The notes under the pieces are model-generated. The model searched no databases. It was not told the origin of the DNA and saw nothing but the letters and a program-made list of their open reading frames with translations. DNA of 64,000 bases from Myxococcota bacterium. Its GTDB lineage: Bacteria; Myxococcota_A; Polyangia; Polyangiales; Houyiibacteriaceae. The stretch is taken from positions 1 to 64,000 of the forward strand of contig JBCCEA010000022.1 of the NCBI GenBank assembly GCA_039030515.1. Direction: 5' to 3'. Both the position numbers and the translations under genes were made by a program. Shown here one piece after another: positions 28,260 through 38,147 of this stretch; the first letter of the stretch is position 1; each line of letters opens with the position of its first letter.

Positions 28260-29498
28260 ATGCGGGATGTATCACTGACCCAGATGCAGGACGTATTGAG
28301 GATGCCTGAATCTCGGCGACTCAGCTTGCGATCGCCCCGCATTTGTTTTTCCGGCTCGCTCTGTCTCGTCGTCTTCATCGCCTCCGCCTGCAGCGACGGA
28401 AACGCAGCCGGTCTTGAGCTCGACGGGGCCGTGGTGCCTGGCGGTTCCTACGTGTGGGAGCTGCCCCCCGGTTTTCCCGAGCCTCGAGTTCCGGCAGACA
28501 ATCCGATGAGCTATCCCAAGGTAGAGCTGGGTCGCCATCTATTTTACGACACGCGCCTATCGGGCAATCAAACGCAGTCTTGCGCCAGCTGCCATCGACA
28601 GAGCCTTGCATTTACCGATGGGCGCGCCCTGTCTGTGGGTTCGACGAATGAGGTCTCCCCCAGAGGCTCGATGAGTCTTGTCAACGTCGCGTATGCGGCG
28701 ACCCTAACCTGGGGCAATCCAATTTTGCGCGCGCTTGAAGAACAGGCCTTGATACCCATGTTTGGTGAAGAACCGGAGGAGTTGGCGCTGCCGGACCAGG
28801 AGACGCTTCTCACGCGACTGGCCGCGGATGCAACTCTGGAGTTTCTTTTCGCAGACGCTTTTCCAGACGAACCCGACCCGATTTCGCTCGGCAATACGGT
28901 GGCGGCTCTTGCGTCGTTTCAGCGTTCGATCATCAGCGCGCGTTCGGCTTTCGATCGGTATAACGAAGGAGACGAGAGCGCGCTTTCAGCAGAAGCACTG
29001 CAGGGGCGAGACCTTTTCTTCTCTGAACGGCTCGAATGCTTCCACTGTCACGGCGGCGCCAATTTTTCGGACTCTTTCGATAGCGCCCACAACGCGTTTG
29101 ATGCAGCGCAGTTTCACAACAACGGTCTGTACAATGTCGACGGCCGAGGAGCCTATCCAGAACCCAATACCGGAGTGCATTCGATCACCGGAGATCAAAA
29201 CGATATGGGTGCGTTTCGCGCGCCTACCCTGCGGAATATCGCGCTCACCGCGCCCTACATGCACGACGGGAGTCTCGGCAGTCTCGAGGCGGTTCTCGAT
29301 CACTACGCGGCAGGCGGGCGGCTGCTCACGGAAGGTCCCCACGTAGGAGACGGGCGCGACAACCCGTTCAAGAGCCCCTTCGTCCGTGGGTTTGAGCTGA
29401 CGGACACCGAGAAAGAAGCCCTGATCGCGTTTCTGGAATCCCTAACCGACGAGGCGCTTCTCACCGATCCTCGCTTCGAGAATCCGTACGCGCCCTAG
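28260..29498 (+). CDS. mbnH: MbnH-family di-heme cytochrome c peroxidase-like enzyme
   Basis: Two CxxCH motifs (CASCH, CFHCH) and PTLRNIALTAPYMHDGS; paired with mbnP. Start may be 28302. Confidence 0.85.
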   Translation: MRDVSLTQMQDVLRMPESRRLSLRSPRICFSGSLCLVVFIASACSDGNAAGLELDGAVVPGGSYVWELPPGFPEPRVPADNPMSYPKVELGRHLFYDTRLSGNQTQSCASCHRQSLAFTDGRALSVGSTNEVSPRGSMSLVNVAYAATLTWGNPILRALEEQALIPMFGEEPEELALPDQETLLTRLAADATLEFLFADAFPDEPDPISLGNTVAALASFQRSIISARSAFDRYNEGDESALSAEALQGRDLFFSERLECFHCHGGANFSDSFDSAHNAFDAAQFHNNGLYNVDGRGAYPEPNTGVHSITGDQNDMGAFRAPTLRNIALTAPYMHDGSLGSLEAVLDHYAAGGRLLTEGPHVGDGRDNPFKSPFVRGFELTDTEKEALIAFLESLTDEALLTDPRFENPYAP

Positions 29499-29596
29499 AT
29501 TTACGGGTTTCAGCATGCGCTAGCCGGCGCACCTGTTGGCCGGCACCAGTAGCCCTGCACGCCCCCAGCCTAGTGCATTCCCTAGCCCGGTGCGCT

Positions 29597-29773
29597 CTAG
29601 CGTCTTCCCCTGAAGCCCATCATGTCTTGAATGACCGACTCGCTCTGCTCTGCGATCGCCGCCTGCTCCTCGAACAGCTCCGCGCAGTCTTCGCAGAACT
29701 TTCCGCGTCTACCGGGAACCTTCACCCTGACGAGCTCCTCGACTTCGTCGCCACACTCCTTACATACCGGCAT
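29597..29773 (-). CDS. Small CxxC...CxxC zinc-ribbon-like protein (58 aa)
   Basis: MPVCKECG...FCEDC; ATG at 29773 with a GAGGAG-like RBS upstream. Confidence 0.6.
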   Translation of the reverse strand: MPVCKECGDEVEELVRVKVPGRRGKFCEDCAELFEEQAAIAEQSESVIQDMMGFRGRR

Positions 29774-29892
29774 TAAGCGTTTCTCCTCATCACACAGCGT
29801 TCGATTACCTGCATGACCTCGAGCAGGATCGAAAGCGATGTTACCCGGAACCGGGCCTGATGCGGCTTGGATTCTAGTGCTAGGTTCTGCGC

Positions 29893-30966
29893 GTGAATCC
29901 CGAACGTCTTCGGACTGGAGTTCCGCTAGCCCAACGCACAACGCTCGAGCTGGGTGGCCCCGCTGCGTATCTGTATGAAGCGGAAACCCCGGCAGAGGTC
30001 GCCGAGTCGTTGGATTGGGCCGAGGCACAAGGCCTGCCCACGACGGTACTCGGTGGTGGCTCCAATGTGGTCGTCTCGGACGAGGGGTTCGAAGGCCTGG
30101 TGCTCACGCTCTCGGATGCAGGCGCCGATATCGATCCGCACAGCGGCCAGATTTCTGCTTCGGCGGGTATGTCTTGGGACGCCTTGGTGGCGCAGGCGGT
30201 GTCTGCGGAACTACAGGGATTCGAGTGTCTCTCGGGCATCCCCGGTCGGGTGGGCGCGGTTCCCATCCAAAACGTGGGGGCCTACGGACAAGAGATCGCT
30301 GAAACGGTCCTTCGGGTGGATACCTACGATCGTCAGGCCAGCCGCTTCTGCAGTCTGCAGCCGCATGAATGCGCGTTCGGTTATCGCGATAGCGTGTTCA
30401 AACGGGACTGGGAGCGCTACGTCGTTTTGCGGGTTCATTTTCAATTGCGGCCAGGGGTAACTCCGGCTTTGGGCTACGCAGAATTGGAGCGTTGTTTTGC
30501 GCAGCGCGCGAAGCCCACCCTTGCCGATGTTCGCTCCGAGGTGCTGCGTCTCAGGAGAAACAAGTCGATGGTGCACGATCCGGAAGATCCCAACCATCGC
30601 AGCGCCGGATCCTTCTTCATCAATCCCGTCGTTTCTGAGGAGCAAGCTCAGGCGGTCGTCTCGCGATTCTGCGATCTAGGCGGCGCCCCCGAAGCGGTTC
30701 CCCGCTACCCTCAAGAGGACGGTCGGGTCAAGCTGCCGGCTGGCTGGCTGATAGAACAAAGCGGCTTTGCCAAGGGCATGACCCGCTTGCACGTCGGACT
30801 GTCGACCCGCCATGCCCTAGCGCTCGTTCATCTGGGCGGCGGCAGCACCCAAGAGCTCCTGGGTTTTGCCAGAGAGATCCGGCAGGGCGTCCGGCATGCG
30901 TTCGGCATCGCATTGACGATGGAGCCGAGACTGCTCGGTTTTCAGGGCTCAGACCCGCTCGTTTGA
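29893..30966 (+). CDS. murB: UDP-N-acetylenolpyruvoylglucosamine reductase
   Basis: LGGGSN, GIPG.VG..PIQNVGAYG, SAGSFFINP and HALAL motifs. Confidence 0.96.
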   Translation: MNPERLRTGVPLAQRTTLELGGPAAYLYEAETPAEVAESLDWAEAQGLPTTVLGGGSNVVVSDEGFEGLVLTLSDAGADIDPHSGQISASAGMSWDALVAQAVSAELQGFECLSGIPGRVGAVPIQNVGAYGQEIAETVLRVDTYDRQASRFCSLQPHECAFGYRDSVFKRDWERYVVLRVHFQLRPGVTPALGYAELERCFAQRAKPTLADVRSEVLRLRRNKSMVHDPEDPNHRSAGSFFINPVVSEEQAQAVVSRFCDLGGAPEAVPRYPQEDGRVKLPAGWLIEQSGFAKGMTRLHVGLSTRHALALVHLGGGSTQELLGFAREIRQGVRHAFGIALTMEPRLLGFQGSDPLV

Positions 30967-31343
30967 TATGCGCTCGCTCGTTTGATATGCGCTCATTCGC
31001 CCGACACACACCTGCCGGCAAAGCTCGACTCATGAACCACTGGAAGCGTTTTTTTTCGTTCTTTACCCTCCACTGGACCAGCGGTTTGGTAGCCGTCCTC
31101 TGTATTTCGATGGCCATCAGTTCGCTGAGCCGAATATTCTTGCTGCTTTCCGGCGCGTTTTTCCTGCTCGCTGGGATATCGGCCATTCTCGCGCAGCGCA
31201 GCATGATCGCCCCGCGCACCGCAAAGATGATCCTAGGTCGCGCCCGAAACGACGTGCTTCGCCGCGATCTGGAGCGCGCCAATGGTTTGATGACCGGAAC
31301 GCTCCTCGTGGCGTTCGGTATTATTCTGCTTTGGATCGGTTGA
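30963..31343 (+). CDS. Small membrane protein
   Basis: Three hydrophobic segments; start uncertain. Confidence 0.5.
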   Translation: MICARSFDMRSFARHTPAGKARLMNHWKRFFSFFTLHWTSGLVAVLCISMAISSLSRIFLLLSGAFFLLAGISAILAQRSMIAPRTAKMILGRARNDVLRRDLERANGLMTGTLLVAFGIILLWIG

Positions 31344-31890
31344 GCTGATTTCTGGGCGATTCGAAGGCGAGAGGTTCGGCCAACTCGAATAGCTCGCTCG
31401 ACACCCGCCTCGTGCCCTCACATGAGGTGACCGAAACCCGATATCGCTTGGCAGCGGCAATACATCGTCCGCATCGGCAAAGCCCCTCGGGCCGGCGCTC
31501 GAGCTTTGGTCGTAGTTCGGCACCGACAAGCAGGTGACGGCACGCGGGAGAGCTGGCCGCCGCTACCTCGGCACTGCAGTCGCGGTCAAGCGGGACCCCT
31601 TGCCAGTCTTGATCGGACGCGCCCTCAATCCACGGTGCGATGAACAGGCGGTCGGCGATCGTTGCGGGAGCCTCTCCGTTCGAACGTATGCTCAGCACCG
31701 CGGTTCCGCGTGCGCTTCCGGTCCCAGGTTCGACGTCGATCGCTACCGCCGGAAGCGGCTCCACCCGTGGCGAGGGCTCGGTAGGCTTATCTGCAGGCCT
31801 CATTTCTGATTCCGAGGAACCCCCGCAGCCGGCGAAGAACAATGCCGCCGTGAGAAGCGCGATGAGACGATCGGCCGTCGACCGCACCAT
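31321..31890 (-). CDS. Putative Cys-containing lipoprotein
   Basis: Signal peptide with lipobox (LFFAGC) from ATG 31890; CRCGRC motif. Confidence 0.55.
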   Translation of the reverse strand: MVRSTADRLIALLTAALFFAGCGGSSESEMRPADKPTEPSPRVEPLPAVAIDVEPGTGSARGTAVLSIRSNGEAPATIADRLFIAPWIEGASDQDWQGVPLDRDCSAEVAAASSPACRHLLVGAELRPKLERRPEGLCRCGRCIAAAKRYRVSVTSCEGTRRVSSELFELAEPLAFESPRNQLNRSKAE

Positions 31891-31896
31891 GCCGCG

Positions 31897-31952
31897 CCCG
31901 TTGATGCTGGGCCTCCCGTTGATGCTGGGCCTCCCGTTGATGCTGGGCCTCC
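31897..31952. repeat. 18-bp tandem repeat x3
   Basis: cccgttgatgctgggcct occurs as three perfect copies just upstream of the ATG at 31890. Confidence 0.9.
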
Positions 31953-32003
31953 TGGTGTGGATTTCTCTCATCGGTTTGTGCACCAAAACGAGGTTCACTT
32001 TGT

Positions 32004-33191
32004 CTACAAAAAAGAGGTGCATCGTGCAGCGGCGAGCACTTTTTTGGTGAGCGTTGAAATCCCGAGATCTCTCAGCTCTGCCGAGGAAACCCATCTTGTT
32101 TCCGGTCCCAGTTCAGAAGTGATCACGGCTTCGACTCGAACGACCTGAACGTCCATCTTTCGATGCGTCAGCAGGTGCAGAACGCTCCCGCTCGGCTCTG
32201 CCATCACCGAATTAGTTTGGATTTCATAGGCGGCCAGCAGCGATGCAATGTCGGTCTCGAGTGTCGGGCTCTTTGACCTGGCCCCTTCCGCGGCGCGCAC
32301 GTTCTGAATCAAGTCCATCGGCACACCCCACAATCCACCGAAGAGTGCTCCGCCGCCCCGCGCCAGCAAGACCGACTCGCTTGAGACGACAACCGCCGCG
32401 ATCAAGCCGACTTTTTTGGGGGCTTTGCGCTGACGAGGACGAGGCAATTCTTCAGCCTTACCCCGGCGGAAGGCCTGGCACGCCTCCCGAATCGGGCAGA
32501 GCATGCACAAAGGCGCCTTTACCCGGCATACCGTAGCGCCAAGTTCCATCAACCCTTGATTCAGCGCGCCTGGCCGTTCCCCCTGAACCCAGCGCTCGGC
32601 AAGCCGCCACAAGGTCTTCTCCGTTTCTGCCTGACCTAGGGGCGTCTCCACGTCGTGGATGCGGGCGAGCACACGGGCCACATTGCCGTCGACGATGGGC
32701 TCCTCAAAATCAAATGCGATACTCCCAATCGCACCGCAGGTATACCGACCGATACCGGGCAATGTTTGCCGGGCTTTCGCATCGAGCGGTACCGCGCCCC
32801 CATAGCGCTGCACGACCTCCTGCACCCCCCGATGCAGTAATCTGGCCCGGCGGTAGTATCCGAGCCCGCTCCATTGACCGAGCACCTCGTCCTCCGAGGC
32901 GGAAGCCAGGGCTGCTGCGTTGGGGAAACGTTTCATGAATCGCTCAAAATACGGGATCACCGTGTCGACACGTGTCTGCTGCAGCATCACCTCAGATACC
33001 CATATCGCATAGGGATCCTTGGTCCTTCGCCAGGGCAGGTCGCGGGCGGTTTCCGAATACCAGCGGAGCAGATCTGCCCGAGCTTGACTCAGTTCAGATG
33101 AATTCAGCAGGGTCGTTTCATCGGCGTATGTCATGTCTCGGCGCATGAGAGGCATGTTCGGCAGGGCGGCAACGGCTCCTCCTCCAGGCAA
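32004..33191 (-). CDS. mutY: A/G-specific adenine glycosylase MutY
   Basis: WVSEVMLQQT, HhH-GPD LPGIGRYT, VDGNV and 4Fe-4S CxxxxxxCxxCxxxxxC. Confidence 0.96.
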   Translation of the reverse strand: MPGGGAVAALPNMPLMRRDMTYADETTLLNSSELSQARADLLRWYSETARDLPWRRTKDPYAIWVSEVMLQQTRVDTVIPYFERFMKRFPNAAALASASEDEVLGQWSGLGYYRRARLLHRGVQEVVQRYGGAVPLDAKARQTLPGIGRYTCGAIGSIAFDFEEPIVDGNVARVLARIHDVETPLGQAETEKTLWRLAERWVQGERPGALNQGLMELGATVCRVKAPLCMLCPIREACQAFRRGKAEELPRPRQRKAPKKVGLIAAVVVSSESVLLARGGGALFGGLWGVPMDLIQNVRAAEGARSKSPTLETDIASLLAAYEIQTNSVMAEPSGSVLHLLTHRKMDVQVVRVEAVITSELGPETRWVSSAELRDLGISTLTKKVLAAARCTSFL

Positions 33192-33805
33192 CCATAGGGA
33201 GGTGCCACGCTGTGGTGGAAGACCCGACGCTCGGCGAAATCCAGGATCGTGCAGCTTGGTTCAAAGTCACGATGGAGCGTTCCCACGTTGATGACCGTGA
33301 GCCCGTCCAGTACCCGCACCATACGCTGGTGCGTATGACCCCCGATCAGGAGCGATAGATCCTCTCGGCAGATGAGTCCACGCAGTCCTCGGATGGCCTG
33401 CAAACCATATCCTCGGGTCTCCGGATACAGGACCGCCATATCGTCCTCACCAATCCCGTGACAGAGCATGCAGGGGCCGAGCACTGTCTCCAGCTCCAAA
33501 CAGGTGGGTAGCCTGCTGAGATACGCGGTCTCCTCCGGAGGGAGCATTCCGGTAGGGCCCTGCACGTTTCGATGGCTCCCCTCGATCCACCATCGCTCGT
33601 GGTTGCCCCGAACCACCTGCACGTCGTGGTCGCGGAGCAACCGCACGCAGCGGCCGGCGTCCCCATAGCCATCGACGACATCGCCAACGCAAACGATGGT
33701 TTCAAGCCGCTGGTTGCCAAAAAAATCCAGTACGGACGCGAGCGCGTCATCTTCGGCATGCACATCGCCGATCGCCCCGATGCGCTTGAGCAGGCGCGTC
33801 ACCAC
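33131..33805 (-). CDS. Calcineurin-like metallophosphoesterase
   Basis: GDVHA, GDVVDG, GNHE and GHTH motifs. Confidence 0.88.
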   Translation of the reverse strand: MVTRLLKRIGAIGDVHAEDDALASVLDFFGNQRLETIVCVGDVVDGYGDAGRCVRLLRDHDVQVVRGNHERWWIEGSHRNVQGPTGMLPPEETAYLSRLPTCLELETVLGPCMLCHGIGEDDMAVLYPETRGYGLQAIRGLRGLICREDLSLLIGGHTHQRMVRVLDGLTVINVGTLHRDFEPSCTILDFAERRVFHHSVAPPYGCLEEEPLPPCRTCLSCAET

Positions 33806-33880
33806 AAAAGTCTAGCATTCGAACTGCCGCGCTATGCAAGGTGCAGTGGCGACGCGACCAGCCTTGAGGTACACGGCCGG

Positions 33881-35206
33881 ATGCTCGACATCCGCTCCGC
33901 AGGCGACTCCCTCGAATCCATCCGAAAAGGACTCAGACGACGAGGGTTCCAAGATGACGAAGCGCTCGAAACCTTAGAGGTGCTCTCAGGGCAAAGAAAG
34001 CACGCGATCGCTGCGGTGGAGTCCAAACAGGCTGCGCTCAACGAGGCAAGCGCTGCAATGTCGGCGCTGGACAAAGCGTCCGAGGCGTTTGCCGAAAAGC
34101 GCAATGAGCTCCGAGTCTTAGGAGACGAGATTCGGTCCCTAAACGCAGAGCGAGACCGAGTGGAGCAAGAGCTCGAAAACCGCGTTTTGCTCCTGCCCAA
34201 TCTACCCGTTGAAGAAGCGCCGGACGGGTTTGACGAGAGCGCCAACGTCGTTCAGCGCACCTATGGAACAAAGCCTCAATTCGACTTTCCCGTGCGAGAT
34301 CACGTCGAACTGGGTATCGCCATGCAGGCATTGGAATTCGAGCGCGCCGTCAAAGTCAGCGGCGCTCGATTTGTCATCCTCAGACATCACGGCGCCAGGC
34401 TTTCGCGGGCACTGCTCTCCTTCATGATGGATGTGCATGCCGATGAGCACGGCTACATCGAGATCTGGCCGCCCGCGCTAGTCAAAGCCAGCGCGATGAT
34501 CGGTACAGGACAGCTGCCGAAATTCGCAGAAGACGCTTTTCGCGTGGCAGAGGACACCGACGCGCACTCCAGCGAAGCGACCCCTGCCGACCCGCTCTAT
34601 CTGATACCCACCGGAGAAGTTCCCGTCACAAACCTCCATGCCGACGAGATCATCGCCGAAGCGGACCTCCCCATGGCCTACTGCGCCTACACTCCCTGCT
34701 TTCGACGCGAAGCCGGTTCGCACGGCAAAGATACCCGCGGCATGATCCGCCTGCATCAGTTCGAAAAAGTAGAGCTGGTTCGGTTTTGCAAGCCAGAAGA
34801 CGGCCGCGAGCAGCTCGAATTGCTCACTTCCCACGCTGAAGAAGTGCTCAAAAGACTCGAACTCCACTACCGCGTTGTCGAGCTCTGCGCTGGAGACATG
34901 GGTTTTGCCGCCCAAAAGTCCTTCGATCTCGAAGTCTGGCTTCCAAGTCAGGAGCGATACCGAGAGATCAGCAGCTGCTCGTGGTTCGGAGACTTCCAAT
35001 CGAGGCGCATGCGGACTCGCTACCGTCCAAACCCAAGCGGGAACAAGAAAAGCAAGCCTCAGCTACTTCACACCCTCAACGGCTCCGGCCTCGCGATAGG
35101 TCGAACCGCAGTCGCAATCGTAGAGCAATACCAACAAAAGGATGGAAGCGTCCGCGTCCCCGAGGTGCTGGTGCCCTATATGGGCGGCGTCGGTAAGTTG
35201 GCGTGA
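33881..35206 (+). CDS. serS: Serine--tRNA ligase
   Basis: MLDI start, FRREAGS..RGMIRLHQFEKVE, EISSCS and TLNGSGLA motifs. Confidence 0.97.
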   Translation: MLDIRSAGDSLESIRKGLRRRGFQDDEALETLEVLSGQRKHAIAAVESKQAALNEASAAMSALDKASEAFAEKRNELRVLGDEIRSLNAERDRVEQELENRVLLLPNLPVEEAPDGFDESANVVQRTYGTKPQFDFPVRDHVELGIAMQALEFERAVKVSGARFVILRHHGARLSRALLSFMMDVHADEHGYIEIWPPALVKASAMIGTGQLPKFAEDAFRVAEDTDAHSSEATPADPLYLIPTGEVPVTNLHADEIIAEADLPMAYCAYTPCFRREAGSHGKDTRGMIRLHQFEKVELVRFCKPEDGREQLELLTSHAEEVLKRLELHYRVVELCAGDMGFAAQKSFDLEVWLPSQERYREISSCSWFGDFQSRRMRTRYRPNPSGNKKSKPQLLHTLNGSGLAIGRTAVAIVEQYQQKDGSVRVPEVLVPYMGGVGKLA

Positions 35207-35236
35207 GGCCTCGAATGAATCAGACGCTTAAGCGCT

Positions 35237-37123
35237 ATGCCTGCTCGCAAAATCGATCTCAACTCTGCTCTTGCGAAGGCGGCAGATGCGATCTCCGGTG
35301 AGGTAGGCGCACTGACGCCTATCCCTGCAGCGCAGCGACGTGCAGCGTACCAAGCTCCCTCGTATCGGAGATTCCTATCAGCGGATAAGTCCGAAATCAG
35401 AAGACTCATTTCCCTTTTGGAGGAAGCTAGAGCTCCAATGTGTATACAAGGGCTCGAGCTTGCCTACGATCATCTATTGTCAGTCCGCCAAAGGTTCCAA
35501 GAGCTCAAAAAAAACCCACTTGCACTAAGTGGTGTAACGAACGAGAAAGCTGTCTTGAACACTGTTTTGTCTGAGATAAAAGCGTTTCAGGACGATATTA
35601 CGTCACTTTGCGATCTGTACAGCACTCACGTTCGGAGCATAGAACAAGGTGACGGTCTAGTTTCAGAAGACTCATGGCATCTAATAAAACAGTGCATGAA
35701 AATTAGATCCTTGTTCTATCAATTAAACAAGGTGCTGCTGCGCCTTCAAGAAGTTACTGAGTCGAGGGTAATCGTTTCTCAAAATGGCTTCGGACAAAAA
35801 GTGAAGTGCACCCATGATTCAGTTGGTCTGATCGATTTTCGTTATCGTAAAAATCATTACGAGCAGGTGCTGAGTGATCTGGACGACGTCCACTCTAAGT
35901 TTGACGAAACAGCATGTTGTCTGATCGCACTGTTTCTAAACTGCGAAGCATTGGACCGTAGAATCGCAAGCCTTCGCGCTCAACTCAACGAATCAAATTG
36001 GATCGTTGGTTCCACAGATAGCTTGCATAAGTCACGATTCGATCGAATCCAAAGTTGCGAACGTGAGATCCTCGCGGCTAAGTGCGAAATAGCAAGGTGT
36101 TTCTACGGGGATAGAACACTTAGGAGCACTCTATGCAATTTCTCTTTGCTGTGCTGTCCGCGTCTCATGACTGCTTGTTGCCCGGCCGTCGTGCGTCAGA
36201 TCAGTCAGAGAGACGGAAGTAACGTGATCTTGGTTCTTCGACTAATGTCTCAATGGATGGACGCGGCATTTGGTTACAGCATTCGCAGAGGACCGTCTGA
36301 ACCAAGTTTACTCGCCTCCTACCGCCATCAAGCAACCGAAATTAAGAATAGTTTGAATCAACTCGCGCAGACGTGTGACGAATGCGAAAAAGTGATCGAG
36401 CAGATAGAAGTTAAAGTGGATGGTCTCGAGTATGTGCAAGACACCGTTACGCGATATCGAGACCACGCTGAAGCCACGCAGATCGATAGAGCCCCAGAAT
36501 TCTATGTACACACCAGCGCTCGTCGCATCACTCGTGCACTAAGAACAGCAGGTCAGACTCAATCCGCCATACGGCCGCTACCTAGTGCGATATCAAGACC
36601 TCTACAGATCAGACCAACGCCACCAGCTCCGATGCCTCCACTCGATCCACCAGCTCCTGCTCCGATACCTGCATCCGCTTCAGTTCGAGGGCCCAGAAAA
36701 AGAAGAGTTTCTCCTCCCCGTGCGCCAACGGTCCCAGCGACCACGTCACAACCTCGAATCGAATCACGTCGCGTGAAATGGGGATTTCTGCCAGAAGGGG
36801 AAAAAGACTTTTGGGAATACTTCGTTTTTTCTCGCATTGCCGGTGCAAAAAAAGAGGCGCACGAAGAAAGCCTTGTTCGTGCAATAGAGAATAAACATCC
36901 TTCAGTTGTGTCAGATCATGCTTTGCCGAATGCGTTTAGTGGATACAGCTTAAGGCACGTCACCATCTGTGATGGTCGACTCACTATATTCTTTCGTTTT
37001 ACGGAAGGTCTTATAGAGGTCTTCATCATCGCCCGTCATAAGGGTCGCGGTAACAAAGTGTACTCTGGACATGGTTCACTTCCAGGAAGTGAAAAAGTCA
37101 GCAGAGTGCGTATACGCTTATGA
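35237..37123 (+). CDS. Unknown family paralogue A (helical N-terminus, Pro-rich linker, conserved C-terminal domain)
   Basis: 628-aa ORF, AT-richer than its flanks; C-terminal ~115 aa align with those of 39384..41171 and 41205..43067. Confidence 0.8.
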   Translation: MPARKIDLNSALAKAADAISGEVGALTPIPAAQRRAAYQAPSYRRFLSADKSEIRRLISLLEEARAPMCIQGLELAYDHLLSVRQRFQELKKNPLALSGVTNEKAVLNTVLSEIKAFQDDITSLCDLYSTHVRSIEQGDGLVSEDSWHLIKQCMKIRSLFYQLNKVLLRLQEVTESRVIVSQNGFGQKVKCTHDSVGLIDFRYRKNHYEQVLSDLDDVHSKFDETACCLIALFLNCEALDRRIASLRAQLNESNWIVGSTDSLHKSRFDRIQSCEREILAAKCEIARCFYGDRTLRSTLCNFSLLCCPRLMTACCPAVVRQISQRDGSNVILVLRLMSQWMDAAFGYSIRRGPSEPSLLASYRHQATEIKNSLNQLAQTCDECEKVIEQIEVKVDGLEYVQDTVTRYRDHAEATQIDRAPEFYVHTSARRITRALRTAGQTQSAIRPLPSAISRPLQIRPTPPAPMPPLDPPAPAPIPASASVRGPRKRRVSPPRAPTVPATTSQPRIESRRVKWGFLPEGEKDFWEYFVFSRIAGAKKEAHEESLVRAIENKHPSVVSDHALPNAFSGYSLRHVTICDGRLTIFFRFTEGLIEVFIIARHKGRGNKVYSGHGSLPGSEKVSRVRIRL

Positions 37124-37185
37124 ATTAGAGCAACGTTGAGCGCGAAACGCCTATTGCATTGTTGCCTCATCGATGACGGCCACGC

Positions 37186-38067
37186 TCAATCGCTTACCGG
37201 ACGCAGATTGAGCATTCGGCCTCCCTTTGGGCCCGGGTCTCGAGGCGGGAGCGAGGTCACCAGCCTCTCGATAAGCGGCATCGCCTGAATGACGGCGCCT
37301 TCGGCGTTTAGCTGAGAGAAAGAACCTTCAAAGGCGAGTATCAGCCGGTAAATATTGGCAAATGCGCGTACAAAGCAGTGCACTTGAGCGTTGGATATCA
37401 CCTCTTGACGCACGCTTTGCGCGCGTTCCTTTTCGGTTCGTCGAACCCTGGCGATGGCGTGGGCGCAGGCGATTTCTCGGCTCCACTGCACCACGTCTCG
37501 CTCGGGTGCCTCCTCGAGTAGCTGCACGATTTGACGCTTTAGAGAGTGCGCGAGCTCCGCAGGTACCTCCGCCCAAAGCGTTTCCTCGGGGCCGCCTGCG
37601 TCGAGCACATGCGCCAGGTCGATCTCTACCGAGCTCGCCGCGCTCGCTGCATCCGAAAGGCGTGAAAAGGCATCGACGTCCATACGCGCATGGGTGGGGT
37701 TGGAACTACCCCAGATCACAGGGGAACGATGGTCGATGACGACTGCGCGCACGGCCGTCGTCCGATCGACCAGTGCAGCCAGGGCGTCTCCAAGCTCTCG
37801 CGCGGAGGGACTCACGACCTGAGGACGCTTCAACTCCAAAGCCCCTCGCTCCCCGACGAAGGCGCTCGCCAGCATTTCGAGACGCCGGGTCAGTGGCTCC
37901 CGATGCTCCATCGGGGATCGAAATACGGCGACAAGGCGAAAACCCTGCTGGACCGTGCAGTAGATATGTCTCGAATCCTCAGGGTCTTGTCCTCCGAGTT
38001 CGAAACGAGCATCTTCGGCGCCGAGCTCACGCGCGACGAGCCCTAGAAAGCGCTGGATAGGCTCCAC
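37186..38067 (-). CDS. Hypothetical protein
   Basis: 293-aa ORF with host-like GC-rich codon usage. Confidence 0.65.
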   Translation of the reverse strand: MEPIQRFLGLVARELGAEDARFELGGQDPEDSRHIYCTVQQGFRLVAVFRSPMEHREPLTRRLEMLASAFVGERGALELKRPQVVSPSARELGDALAALVDRTTAVRAVVIDHRSPVIWGSSNPTHARMDVDAFSRLSDAASAASSVEIDLAHVLDAGGPEETLWAEVPAELAHSLKRQIVQLLEEAPERDVVQWSREIACAHAIARVRRTEKERAQSVRQEVISNAQVHCFVRAFANIYRLILAFEGSFSQLNAEGAVIQAMPLIERLVTSLPPRDPGPKGGRMLNLRPVSD

Positions 38068-38147
38068 CAGGGCATCATAGCTGCCGAAAAAAGAAAATGG
38101 AGTAACTCTCCGCGGAAAACGTAGCAGCGGAGTGCCCGACCGGGGGG

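Noticed and set aside
27253..29498. Methanobactin biosynthetic cluster
   Set aside because: There is no mbnA, mbnB, mbnC or TonB-dependent receptor nearby; only the MbnPH pair is present.
33572..33880. N-terminal extension of SerS
   Set aside because: It overlaps the divergent phosphoesterase gene; the canonical MLDI start is at 33881.
36775..37123. Deaminase assignment for the paralogue C-terminal domain
   Set aside because: It has HE and a single Cys but lacks the HxE...PCxxC zinc motif.
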